Shown one piece after another: positions 14,759 through 22,861 of a stretch of DNA of 35,533 bases. Position 1 is the first letter of the stretch. Each line of letters begins with the position of its first letter. This DNA comes from a virus, in the IMG/VR virus record IMGVR_UViG_3300012831_000003; one strand, 5' to 3'. The position numbers and the translations under genes were made by a program. Below the pieces are notes generated by a model, which had not been told where the DNA came from, did not search any database, and was given only the letters and a program-made list of their open reading frames with translations.

Positions 14759-16815
14759 CTGCGCACCCCGTATGTACGTTCAATCGCCGATGCGAAACTG
14801 TTGCCGCCCCGCACCACGTCGGAAGACATGATCGAGCGCACGCGATCAACCACAATGCGCAGGTTCTCTTCGTCGCTTGTCACATCGATGCTTGCGCCGG
14901 AATAATTGAAAACCTGCACGTTGTGGCCGCCACCGGATACGCCAAGCTTGCCATCTGCACCGCGCTTGAGCGGCATCACCGCTTCGGGGCCATCCTCTCC
15001 CAGCACGCCAATGTTGCCGCCGCCGTAGCTAAACGCGGTGGGCGAACCAAACACCGCGCCTTGGGCAAAATATTTGACGCCGTTCAACCACGCGCCGCCC
15101 TTGGCCTGTGTCATCCACGGCCATTGGATTTGGCCGCTGCCGCCAAAAAGTTGCATCAGCTTGGCGGTGGCAATGGCCGTCAGCAGTTGCGCCACCAATC
15201 GCTTAACCGAATCGATGGCCGCATCACTGCCTTGCAAGATGCTGTTAAAAATGTCGGTAAAGCCCGATTCCAAATAGTCGGCCATCGCCTTGGTTTGCTT
15301 TTCCTGCTCTTCGCGCTGCTTCTGCTGCGAATCGCGCAAGGCGTCGGTGCCGTCCTGAAATTCCTTTAGGCGCGCCTGTGCTTCGGATAGGCGTCGGGTC
15401 ATTTCGTCGGCGCCGTCCGCATCCAAGCGCCACAAGCGGATTTGCTCTTCGGTCGCGCCATTCTGGCGCATCCGCTCTTCTTCAATGTCACGATACACAG
15501 CGGTAAGGGAATCCATCTGGCGCGCATATTCGTCGGCTGCGCGCTGGGCATCCTTGTAGGCGTCGTTATTCTCTTTCAGCGCTTTGGTTGATTCGCGCTT
15601 GGCGGCAGTGTTCTTCGTGGTCGCTTCGGTGTCGTCGTCGGTGGCGGCCGTCGAATTCTTCCGGGCCTCTACTGGCTCCAACTTTGCATTGGCAATGGCG
15701 CTGTTGGTGGCAGTCACGCGCGACTGCACAGCAGCCAACTTGGCGTTGGCTTCGCTTTCGATCCCTTTCAGCGTCTCGGTGAGGTTGCCAGCCTCGCTGC
15801 CGATCATGCCGCGTGCAGCTTTCCAGAAATCTTGATTGAAAAACGACGTGGGGTTGTCCACCAGATACCGCAGCGTATTCTGGTAGATGCCAAAAGCATT
15901 CATGATTGCGGCAAGCGATGAACCGATCGTTTTGCCCAGTGCCACGAATGCAATGCCGGTGGATTGCACCGCGCCGATGGTGTCATTCAGCACCGTTGCC
16001 ATTGCCTTGGACATCTCGCCAAGGCCCAGGTAATCCTTACCGGCATCTTCGGCCGCCGTGCCCGATGCGGTCATGCCTTTGGCCAGTTCGGTGAACGCCG
16101 GCAATGCCGGCTTGATCGCCTCGCCAATGGCCACACTCACGCTGTGCTGCATTGCGTCCCATGAATCGGCAAAATCGTCAGCGGCCTTGATCGCCTCATC
16201 GGAAAACACCACGGCCGCGTCGGCGGCGTCGCGCAAGCCTTGTTCGCCTTGGCCGATCAACGGCAGCAGCGTTTGCCAGCTCTTACCAAACAATGCCGAA
16301 CCGATGGCCGCCTGCTTTGCGCTGTTCTCCACGTCGCCAAGCGCGCCGGCCACCTTGATGAAGGCATCGGTAGGCGACATGTTCTTAAGCGATTCAATAT
16401 CCACGCCCAATTGCTTGAGCGCGGATTGCCCCGCTTTGGTTGCCGTCAGGCTATCCAGTTGCTTTTGCAGGCGGCCCGATGCGTTGGCTACGTCATCAAT
16501 GCTAATCCCGGCCAACTTTGCCGCTTGATCCAGGCGCTGAAAATTCTCGGCACTGTCTTGCAGGATGGAGAATTTATCGCCAATGTTGGCCATCTCTTCA
16601 ATGACCGACGAGACCTTGGCTTTGATTTGGTTGAACGCCTCGATGATGCCCAGCGTTTGCAGGGCATTGGAGATGTTCTTTCCCACCTTGTTGAATTGGT
16701 CGGCCCATTGGTCGGTGGCGTTACCGATGGCCTTATTTGTTTCCGCAAGCTCCCGCCGCAGGCTGGCCACCTCCAGTTCTAGCTGTACCTGCAATCGTCC
16801 AGCGCGGGCGGCCAT
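14755..16815 (-). CDS. Tail tape measure protein
   Basis: 686 aa, Ala/Gln/Lys-rich coiled-coil character with a Gly-rich C-terminus. Located after the G/GT chaperones. Confidence 0.85.
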   Translation of the reverse strand: MAARAGRLQVQLELEVASLRRELAETNKAIGNATDQWADQFNKVGKNISNALQTLGIIEAFNQIKAKVSSVIEEMANIGDKFSILQDSAENFQRLDQAAKLAGISIDDVANASGRLQKQLDSLTATKAGQSALKQLGVDIESLKNMSPTDAFIKVAGALGDVENSAKQAAIGSALFGKSWQTLLPLIGQGEQGLRDAADAAVVFSDEAIKAADDFADSWDAMQHSVSVAIGEAIKPALPAFTELAKGMTASGTAAEDAGKDYLGLGEMSKAMATVLNDTIGAVQSTGIAFVALGKTIGSSLAAIMNAFGIYQNTLRYLVDNPTSFFNQDFWKAARGMIGSEAGNLTETLKGIESEANAKLAAVQSRVTATNSAIANAKLEPVEARKNSTAATDDDTEATTKNTAAKRESTKALKENNDAYKDAQRAADEYARQMDSLTAVYRDIEEERMRQNGATEEQIRLWRLDADGADEMTRRLSEAQARLKEFQDGTDALRDSQQKQREEQEKQTKAMADYLESGFTDIFNSILQGSDAAIDSVKRLVAQLLTAIATAKLMQLFGGSGQIQWPWMTQAKGGAWLNGVKYFAQGAVFGSPTAFSYGGGNIGVLGEDGPEAVMPLKRGADGKLGVSGGGHNVQVFNYSGASIDVTSDEENLRIVVDRVRSIMSSDVVRGGNSFASAIERTYGVRR

Positions 16816-16818
16816 GGT

Positions 16819-17330
16819 TCAGTTCTCCGGTCGTATGCCCATGGCAGCGGCGATGCCATCGGCTCCAATGTCGTCAATGCTGGGCGGCTCACTGGCCGCT
16901 GATTCTTCGCGTAAAAACATGATCCACTTGGCCAATTCGCTGGCCGGCATTTCGGCTTTGAGCCGATAGACCGGTGTGGACAGCCGCTGTGCCAGCAGCA
17001 TCAACAGGCGGTCAATCGGCTTTAGGCGTTTTTTGTTTCGTCTTCCTCTTCCTCCGGAATGATGCTGTTGATGCGCAATGCCTGCGCACCCAGCCGCATC
17101 AATGCGCGGAACTTGCTCGCTGGCAGCGCTCGGATTTCCTCTTCGCTGAATCGCTGGCCGTTCACCCGAAGGGAAACGGCCAGCGTGGCCAGCATCAGCG
17201 CCCCGTTTTTGCCCTGCTGCGCCACTTCAAAAAGTGGCAGCAGTTCGTCCACGGTGCATTCTTCCAACACCACCTCTTCGCCCAGCTCCGGGGCATCCAT
17301 TTTTTCAACGCGGCGTGTTTGTTCAGACAT
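16819..17330 (-). CDS. Tail assembly chaperone frameshift product (gpGT-like), -1 shift at 17028-17034
   Basis: The -1 frame is open from the slip site (..KKRLKPIDRLLMLLAQRL..) down to the stop at 16819. Confidence 0.7.
17022..17330 (-). CDS. Tail assembly chaperone (gpG-like)
   Basis: 102 aa, acidic. Located between the major tail protein and the tape measure. Ends 2 codons after a slippery heptamer. Confidence 0.8.
   Translation of the reverse strand: MSEQTRRVEKMDAPELGEEVVLEECTVDELLPLFEVAQQGKNGALMLATLAVSLRVNGQRFSEEEIRALPASKFRALMRLGAQALRINSIIPEEEEDETKNA
17028..17034 (-). other. Programmed -1 ribosomal frameshift heptamer A_AAA_AAC
   Basis: The minus strand reads ACA AAA AAC GCC TAA in the G frame, which fits the X_XXY_YYZ pattern. 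Confidence 0.7.
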
Positions 17331-17342
17331 GCGGATGCCTCA

Positions 17343-18023
17343 TCAGGTGGTGATGTAAGTGGGCTTCGTGCCCAAGGTGAATTCGCCGGTAAAGGCAGCG
17401 GCGGCGTTGACGCCAAACGATTCACTAAAGCCGGTGGCGGTCACGCTCGGGAAGATGATCGCGCCGTTACCGCTGGGCACTGCCGTGGTCGGCAGCTTGA
17501 TAACCAGCTCTCGGGGCTGCTGATCGTCCACCGCCTTCATGAACTCCAGGTAGCCCGGCTTTTGGAAGTCCACAAAACCAGCAATGGACAACGTACCCGC
17601 CTGCGGCTCGCCGGCAATCTGTGCGCTCGGGTCACACGTGGTGCCCACGCTGATCGCCTGCGCGGGGCTCTGCGCATAGTCGATGGTGGAAAGGCAAAAT
17701 TCCACAAGGTCGGCTTCGATATTCGTCACCGTGCCGGTGGTGGCCGGGGCCGACTCGCCGGACGCATCGGAACCGGCCAGGGCGAACGCATATACATCAT
17801 CGCTCACCGCGCCCACCACAAAAGTTTTGCCATCGAGCGATACCCAGCCCGTGCCGGCGATGGTCACCACGTCGCCCTGCTGAAACTTGTCAATGTCGGT
17901 CGTGCTTACCGTCACCGTCGCCGGCTTGGAATTGGTCACGTTTGAAATGCTTACTGGTGCGGGGCTTGTGCCGGGAACCTTCTGTAGCCAGACGGTCAGC
18001 CCCTTGGTGGAAAAAGCGGCCAT
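17343..18023 (-). CDS. Major tail protein
   Basis: 226 aa immediately upstream of the G/GT chaperones. The call rests on position and size. Confidence 0.75.
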   Translation of the reverse strand: MAAFSTKGLTVWLQKVPGTSPAPVSISNVTNSKPATVTVSTTDIDKFQQGDVVTIAGTGWVSLDGKTFVVGAVSDDVYAFALAGSDASGESAPATTGTVTNIEADLVEFCLSTIDYAQSPAQAISVGTTCDPSAQIAGEPQAGTLSIAGFVDFQKPGYLEFMKAVDDQQPRELVIKLPTTAVPSGNGAIIFPSVTATGFSESFGVNAAAAFTGEFTLGTKPTYITT

Positions 18024-18038
18024 CTTGAATCCCTCCTG

Positions 18039-18440
18039 TTAGGGACTGATCGGAACGGTTGGCGCGTCATCCCAAACGCGGTACATCTGCGACACCATCC
18101 AGGCGCGCAAATCTGGGTCGTAAGTTTCGTTTTCCGCCTCCAGGCTTGGCTGCTCGGGATTGGTCAGCAGCAGCGCCCGCGTTGCGTCGGCCTGTTGGCG
18201 CGCCTCCTGGGCGCCACGCGCCACATGCACCACAGCCACGTTGACCAACGCCGGCAGCAATCGCGTGCCGCAGATGTCGGTCAACCATTCGGTGGTATCG
18301 CGCTGGAGAATCAGCAGCGGCAGGCCGGTGATTTCGCTTTCGTCATCAGCCGGCGTATAGCCATAACTGATCGTCGCCCGGGTGATAGCCGGGTCGGTCG
18401 AAGTAACGAGCGCATCCATCAGGATCATTTCCACGCTCAT
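18039..18440 (-). CDS. Tail completion / tail terminator-like protein
   Basis: 133 aa between the gp10-like and major tail genes. Positional call. Confidence 0.5.
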   Translation of the reverse strand: MSVEMILMDALVTSTDPAITRATISYGYTPADDESEITGLPLLILQRDTTEWLTDICGTRLLPALVNVAVVHVARGAQEARQQADATRALLLTNPEQPSLEAENETYDPDLRAWMVSQMYRVWDDAPTVPISP

Positions 18441-18931
18441 GTTGGAAACCTCAACTTGTCGATTTCCTTAGACATGGTGTCGCGGATTTTTTCGGTCACC
18501 TGCCCATAAGTGGCGTCCATCGCTGGGCCAAGGAACGGGCGACCGGCATACACCCACCCATTGCGGTGGAAGCCGTATTCAATGAAATGTGCGTGCGGCG
18601 CCTTGTTGGAAAACTTGCCTTTGACGCGCTGGCCCCGCGCCACAATGTTGAGCCGGTAGGCGTTGCGGTCATCGCGTGGGATGTACCCTTTGCCAATCTT
18701 GATTGACTTTGGGATGCGCCCATAGCGCAGATAGAGTTGCCCATTACGGTCACGCACTGCGCCCTGATCGCCCAGGCCCAGGGAACGCGCATTGCGGGCA
18801 CCAGCCGTGCGCACGATGCGCGCGCCGGCCGCCATGCCTTTCTTGATGATGCGGCCGACAATCTTGTCGGAACCGAACGCAATCAGGTTCCGTTGCAGCT
18901 CGGCCAGCCCGATGACTTTGGTGTCAACCAT
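18437..18931 (-). CDS. HK97 gp10-family neck protein
   Basis: APHAHFIEYGFH...GRPFLGPAM matches the YA..EFG...PFL.PA signature of the family. Confidence 0.8.
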   Translation of the reverse strand: MVDTKVIGLAELQRNLIAFGSDKIVGRIIKKGMAAGARIVRTAGARNARSLGLGDQGAVRDRNGQLYLRYGRIPKSIKIGKGYIPRDDRNAYRLNIVARGQRVKGKFSNKAPHAHFIEYGFHRNGWVYAGRPFLGPAMDATYGQVTEKIRDTMSKEIDKLRFPT

Positions 18932-19262
18932 CTGACACCCCCGACCGCGCGGTGATGGTCAGCATGGAACGTTTGTCATCAAACAAAACGCCAGTGATTG
19001 CGTAGGTGATTTCTCGGCGAATGTCGGTCGCGCGGCACTGCGCATTAACGCGCATACCCTTGGGGTTGTAGCGCATGCGGATCACAACCGAATTTGCCGA
19101 TTCCTCGCGGTTGTTGGCGTAATACTCGCGGGCGCTCACCGTATCGATTTGTGCGGCCGCTTCCCACAGCGGTTCCCACGTGCGTTTCGGCGCACGCAAG
19201 GCGTCCACGCCATTGACGCATTCGTCAATCCGCACCCGGTCATGCATCGGCCCAATTCGCAT
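18924..19262 (-). CDS. Head closure / head-tail adaptor protein
   Basis: MRIGPMHDRVRI...WEPLWEAAAQIDTVSAREY...VVIRMRY...ITYAITGV fits the SPP1 gp16-like adaptor pattern. Confidence 0.75.
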   Translation of the reverse strand: MRIGPMHDRVRIDECVNGVDALRAPKRTWEPLWEAAAQIDTVSAREYYANNREESANSVVIRMRYNPKGMRVNAQCRATDIRREITYAITGVLFDDKRSMLTITARSGVSDG

Positions 19263-19264
19263 GG

Positions 19265-19900
19265 TCAGACCCTCGGCTGCCAAAACAGCGCCCAAGCGCG
19301 GTTGACCCAATCGGGGACATCGGCCATTTGCTTATCGGTAGCCGCTTCGCGGTTCTCCCACAGGAATAGGCAATAGCGAAATAGGACATCCACCACGGCG
19401 GGTGGGTACAAATTGACGTTAGGCGTCGTGCCGGATACCAACGGCCCAGCGCTCAGCATCACCACGTCACCGGGCTGCACTCCATCGGCGCTGGACAAGT
19501 ACGCCTGCCCGAAATCCGGGTAGAACGTGTCGCCCGTCAAACTAAAGTCGGCCGATACGTCGGTGCCATCGCGATCAACGCGGAAACCGGCGATGCCCAC
19601 GATAGGCACCGGTACCTGCTTCCATGACGCACGGGGCGGAACGTGCCGGCACATACAGGCCAAACGATTGTCGTCCTGTTCGGCAAGTCCCATGCCGTTG
19701 GCCTCGCGGGGTACCCAACGCCAAGTCGAAACATTCAGCACCACGCCCCATTGGCGCTCTAGCAGATCGAGACCGCGCATCAACGTCAGGCCAAGTGAAC
19801 CGTCGTCGTCGTCGTGATCGATGCGCGCCCACTGTTTGAACGCGATCAAAAGCGCCTCAATCATGGTGTCGTAATCCACGCCGGTGCGAACGATGCTCAC
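19265..19900 (-). CDS. gp6-like head-tail connector with extra C-terminal half
   Basis: The N-terminus (DYDTMIEALLIAFKQWARIDHDDDD) fits the connector pattern. At 211 aa it is about twice the usual length. Confidence 0.6.
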   Translation of the reverse strand: MSIVRTGVDYDTMIEALLIAFKQWARIDHDDDDGSLGLTLMRGLDLLERQWGVVLNVSTWRWVPREANGMGLAEQDDNRLACMCRHVPPRASWKQVPVPIVGIAGFRVDRDGTDVSADFSLTGDTFYPDFGQAYLSSADGVQPGDVVMLSAGPLVSGTTPNVNLYPPAVVDVLFRYCLFLWENREAATDKQMADVPDWVNRAWALFWQPRV

Positions 19901-20853
19901 GGCGCGCCCTCCAGGTAAATCACCGGCATGGCCACGCGATGCACCGATTGGTCGGTGAGGGTGAACACAAGGTCGGCGCCTTCGGCAGTGATGCGATCAA
20001 TGCCCACGCCATCGCGCCCGGCTTCGCCTTGCAAACCGGAATCACCCTTCGCCCCAGGCTGCGGGGCACGGATCATCACCGCCCAGCCTTCGCCGGGTAG
20101 GGTCTGGCTTTCGGCATCACGCACACGCACCCACGTGGCGCCCTCGTTCGTCACCACGTCATTCACCGCATAGGTGTTGGTGGCGTGATAAATGCCGCGA
20201 TAGCGCATCCCGCGCCCATCCTGGCCATGCGCCACTACCATGGCCCAGGGCGCCTCATCGTCCCCCGGAATCTCGTAGGTGTCGCTTAGGCACTTGGCCA
20301 CGGCCCAGCCGGATGGGTGACCAAAAGGCAGCGATACGACATCGCCAGCCCGGTAGATTTCGCCCACCTGATAGGCGCGAACTTCGGCGATGCTGCCGTC
20401 GCGGCCATCTTGTCCAGGTTCGCCGGGCAAACCTTGCTCGCCCTGATCGCCATTGCGCAGCGAAGCAATGGCACTTAACAGCGCCGATGTGGCCACTGCC
20501 CACCGCTCATTGTCTTCTGCGGCCATGCGCGCAGTGGCGCTTTCCATGGCAGCGGTAACGCCGGCCAAGGCGGCATCGATGGCCGCACGCGCAGCGTCGG
20601 CCTGCTCGGCCGCGCGGGTAACGGTCGCATCCACGATATTGCGGCATCGCTGCGCTTCCACTTCAATCTGCGCGGGCTGTTCGCCCAACGCATTAACCAT
20701 GGTGCTGACTTCCAAGCGCAGCGCGTCCACTACATAGCGCAGTTGTGTCACCGCTTCGGCCAAGGGCGAAATAGCGGCTTCGCGGCGCTGCACTTCGGCG
20801 TCGATCAGCTCGCCAACAATGGCGCCAATCTCGCGGGCTTCGTCATCGCGCAC
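19897..20853 (-). CDS. Coiled-coil / collagen-like repeat protein, candidate head fibre or decoration protein
   Basis: Two runs of six G-X-Y triplets (GDQGEQGLPGEPGQDGRDG and GAKGDSGLQGEAGRDGVG). Ala-rich helical N-terminus. Two Y..GD.V...G.W-like segments. Confidence 0.7.
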   Translation of the reverse strand: MRDDEAREIGAIVGELIDAEVQRREAAISPLAEAVTQLRYVVDALRLEVSTMVNALGEQPAQIEVEAQRCRNIVDATVTRAAEQADAARAAIDAALAGVTAAMESATARMAAEDNERWAVATSALLSAIASLRNGDQGEQGLPGEPGQDGRDGSIAEVRAYQVGEIYRAGDVVSLPFGHPSGWAVAKCLSDTYEIPGDDEAPWAMVVAHGQDGRGMRYRGIYHATNTYAVNDVVTNEGATWVRVRDAESQTLPGEGWAVMIRAPQPGAKGDSGLQGEAGRDGVGIDRITAEGADLVFTLTDQSVHRVAMPVIYLEGAP

Positions 20854-22345
20854 GGTTTTTGCCCTCCATCACCATGGCGCGGAGGTTCCCGATTCGCGCG
20901 GCGCGCTGTTCGTCGGATTCCTCCGGCTCTGGCGCACCGGTAGGCGCCGCAGGCGCGGGCGGCGGCGAAGGTGGATTGAGGATGTTTTCGGTTTGTGCTT
21001 CGGTGTAAGCGATTTGTGCGTCGGCCTGCTCTTGATCCTGGCGCAGCTTTTCGTCCCAATAGGTCAGCGGCACCACCTGCTGCTGCATGCGCGGTTCGTC
21101 GCCTGCTTCTACCGCCGGCAAACCCTCACGCGCGCGACCTTCATTCGGCGTCAGTACGCCACCCTGCACGCCACGCACAATGCCCTCGATGCGTTCCTTA
21201 AAGTTGGAGCGCAACAGCGCATCGGTGTCCAGTTCCACATACTCGTTTGCGGACAGGTCAAAAAACATGCCCAACGAATTCTCGATGTGATCCAGCAGGA
21301 ACCCCAGGCCCGATGCAATCCAAAACTGCATCAGAACTTCGGTGGTGCCGAAAGATTGCGAGTCTTCGCCGATCAGCGGCAGCGGGATGCGCAGCACCCG
21401 GGCGATGTCAGCGGTGGAGAGCTTGTAATAGTCGATCAACTGCGCGTCGGCGCTGCTCATCGATAGCGCTTGCCACTTCAAACCCGATGAAAGAACTGGA
21501 ACGCCACCCAAGGCAATGCCGGCCGAATGCTCGGCCCATCGCGCGCGCAGTTCGTTGGCCTGCGCCGCATTCAACACCATGTCGGTGTTCAATGTGCCAG
21601 ACGGTCGCGACATGTTGCGGAAAAATGTCGCCTGCTGCGCGGTGATTGAGCCCTGCGCAGCCATCGATGGATAGGCCGCCTGCAACGGCGTTTCACCGAT
21701 CAACGGTGATTTGGTGGTGGCAAGTTTGCAGTGCCAGACATAGCGCGCGGGTACCATGCGCTGCATGTCCAGGGGCCAGCCCTTCACCGCATCGGCCGGC
21801 GTCATATCCGTGGGTGCGATGGAATAGAAAACGTCGCCCGATTCCGGGTTGATGTAGGGCATCGCGTTGGTGGGATACAGCGGGTGCAGCGCAATGGGTA
21901 CGTCGTTGGCATCGGTCTCGGCCAAGGCGTAGCAATTGCCGCGTAGCAGCAATGCGCGAACCTGATTCAATACAAAGTCGCTTCGCGTCTGATAGCTGTT
22001 GGGCTGGCGCAGAATCTTGGCCAGTGGCGTTTGCGGCAGTTCCTGGCGCCCGCCGTTGGGTAACGTCTTCCACACTTTTGCCGGCAACATGGCGGCCGTC
22101 TGCGCGTAGGCGCTCACAGCGGCTTCAACCGCTGCGGTGACGGGCGAACCCTCGCCGGTGTAACCCTCTTGCCAATAATTCAGATCAAAGCACCACGGCA
22201 AGAATTTTGAATCTTGCGTCCAGATGCCATCCTGCGTGACCGGGCCGGGATACACCCAGGTCGGGAATGCCTTAGCGGCTGCGCGCTGCATCGCCATACG
22301 AATGCGGCTGGGCGCGCGCACGGTCGGCAGCGCCACGGCGTTCAT
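20843..22345 (-). CDS. Portal protein, HK97 family
   Basis: 500 aa. Family-typical stretches: QPNSYQTRSDFV, LLLRGNCYA, and a Pro/Ala/acidic tail. Confidence 0.9.
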   Translation of the reverse strand: MNAVALPTVRAPSRIRMAMQRAAAKAFPTWVYPGPVTQDGIWTQDSKFLPWCFDLNYWQEGYTGEGSPVTAAVEAAVSAYAQTAAMLPAKVWKTLPNGGRQELPQTPLAKILRQPNSYQTRSDFVLNQVRALLLRGNCYALAETDANDVPIALHPLYPTNAMPYINPESGDVFYSIAPTDMTPADAVKGWPLDMQRMVPARYVWHCKLATTKSPLIGETPLQAAYPSMAAQGSITAQQATFFRNMSRPSGTLNTDMVLNAAQANELRARWAEHSAGIALGGVPVLSSGLKWQALSMSSADAQLIDYYKLSTADIARVLRIPLPLIGEDSQSFGTTEVLMQFWIASGLGFLLDHIENSLGMFFDLSANEYVELDTDALLRSNFKERIEGIVRGVQGGVLTPNEGRAREGLPAVEAGDEPRMQQQVVPLTYWDEKLRQDQEQADAQIAYTEAQTENILNPPSPPPAPAAPTGAPEPEESDEQRAARIGNLRAMVMEGKNRAR

Positions 22346-22617
22346 GCCTTGCCCTTGGCCTTGCTTGCCGGCGCCACGCCAAGCTTGCCGTCGGTGTCAC
22401 GCTTCACAGGCGCCACCACTTCGGCCGGCTCTTTGGCCTTGGGCTTCGCGGCGTCGGCCGGTGGTTCCGGTTCCAACTCCAATGCCTGATCGTAAGTTTC
22501 TGACGCTTGGCCGCCTTTCAGCAGCTTGGGCACCAGTTCGTCGGGCACGTCCACGAAACCCTGCGCGTTGTTCAACGCCTGCACCCGCTTGAACACCCAT
22601 AAAACGGCCATGGTCAA
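22342..22617 (-). CDS. Hypothetical protein with Lys/Pro/Ala-rich tail
   Basis: 91 aa. GAGG RBS. ATGA overlap with portal. Confidence 0.6.
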   Translation of the reverse strand: MTMAVLWVFKRVQALNNAQGFVDVPDELVPKLLKGGQASETYDQALELEPEPPADAAKPKAKEPAEVVAPVKRDTDGKLGVAPASKAKGKA

Positions 22618-22631
22618 AACCTCACGTTAGA

Positions 22632-22650
22632 AAGGTGGGGCCGCCACCTT
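22632..22650 (-). terminator. Intergenic hairpin downstream of the capsid gene (possible attenuator)
   Basis: AAGGTGG (22632-22638) pairs with CCACCTT (22644-22650) around a 5-nt loop. The minus strand has only a weak U tract (TTTCT). Confidence 0.35.
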
Positions 22651-22861
22651 GGGAATGGCGGCACCCGGCGCCGGGCAACCGACTGTTGAAACGGCGCAAC
22701 CGGGTTGACGTACCGGCGGACGTTATGCGGGCCGCCCATGGCTACAGCCCGCAAAACTCACTGCACGTAAAACGACACGATGACCAGCGCCGCCAACACC
22801 AGCGCCGCACCGATCAGTGCGGCAAAGGTGCGACCACGGGGCGACAGCGCGGCCACCTACA

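Noticed and set aside
15368-15377. The palindrome AGGCGCGCCT inside the tape measure gene as a third operator copy.
   Set aside because: The half-sites are in the opposite order with no 6-nt centre. It lies deep in coding sequence with no promoter elements.
22758-22856. A 32-aa hydrophobic ORF (GTG start, VAALSPRGRTFAALIGAALVLAALVIVSFYVQ) just after the capsid gene.
   Set aside because: It may be a real small membrane peptide. However, it is too short, starts with GTG, has no clear RBS and has no comparative support, so it is not called.
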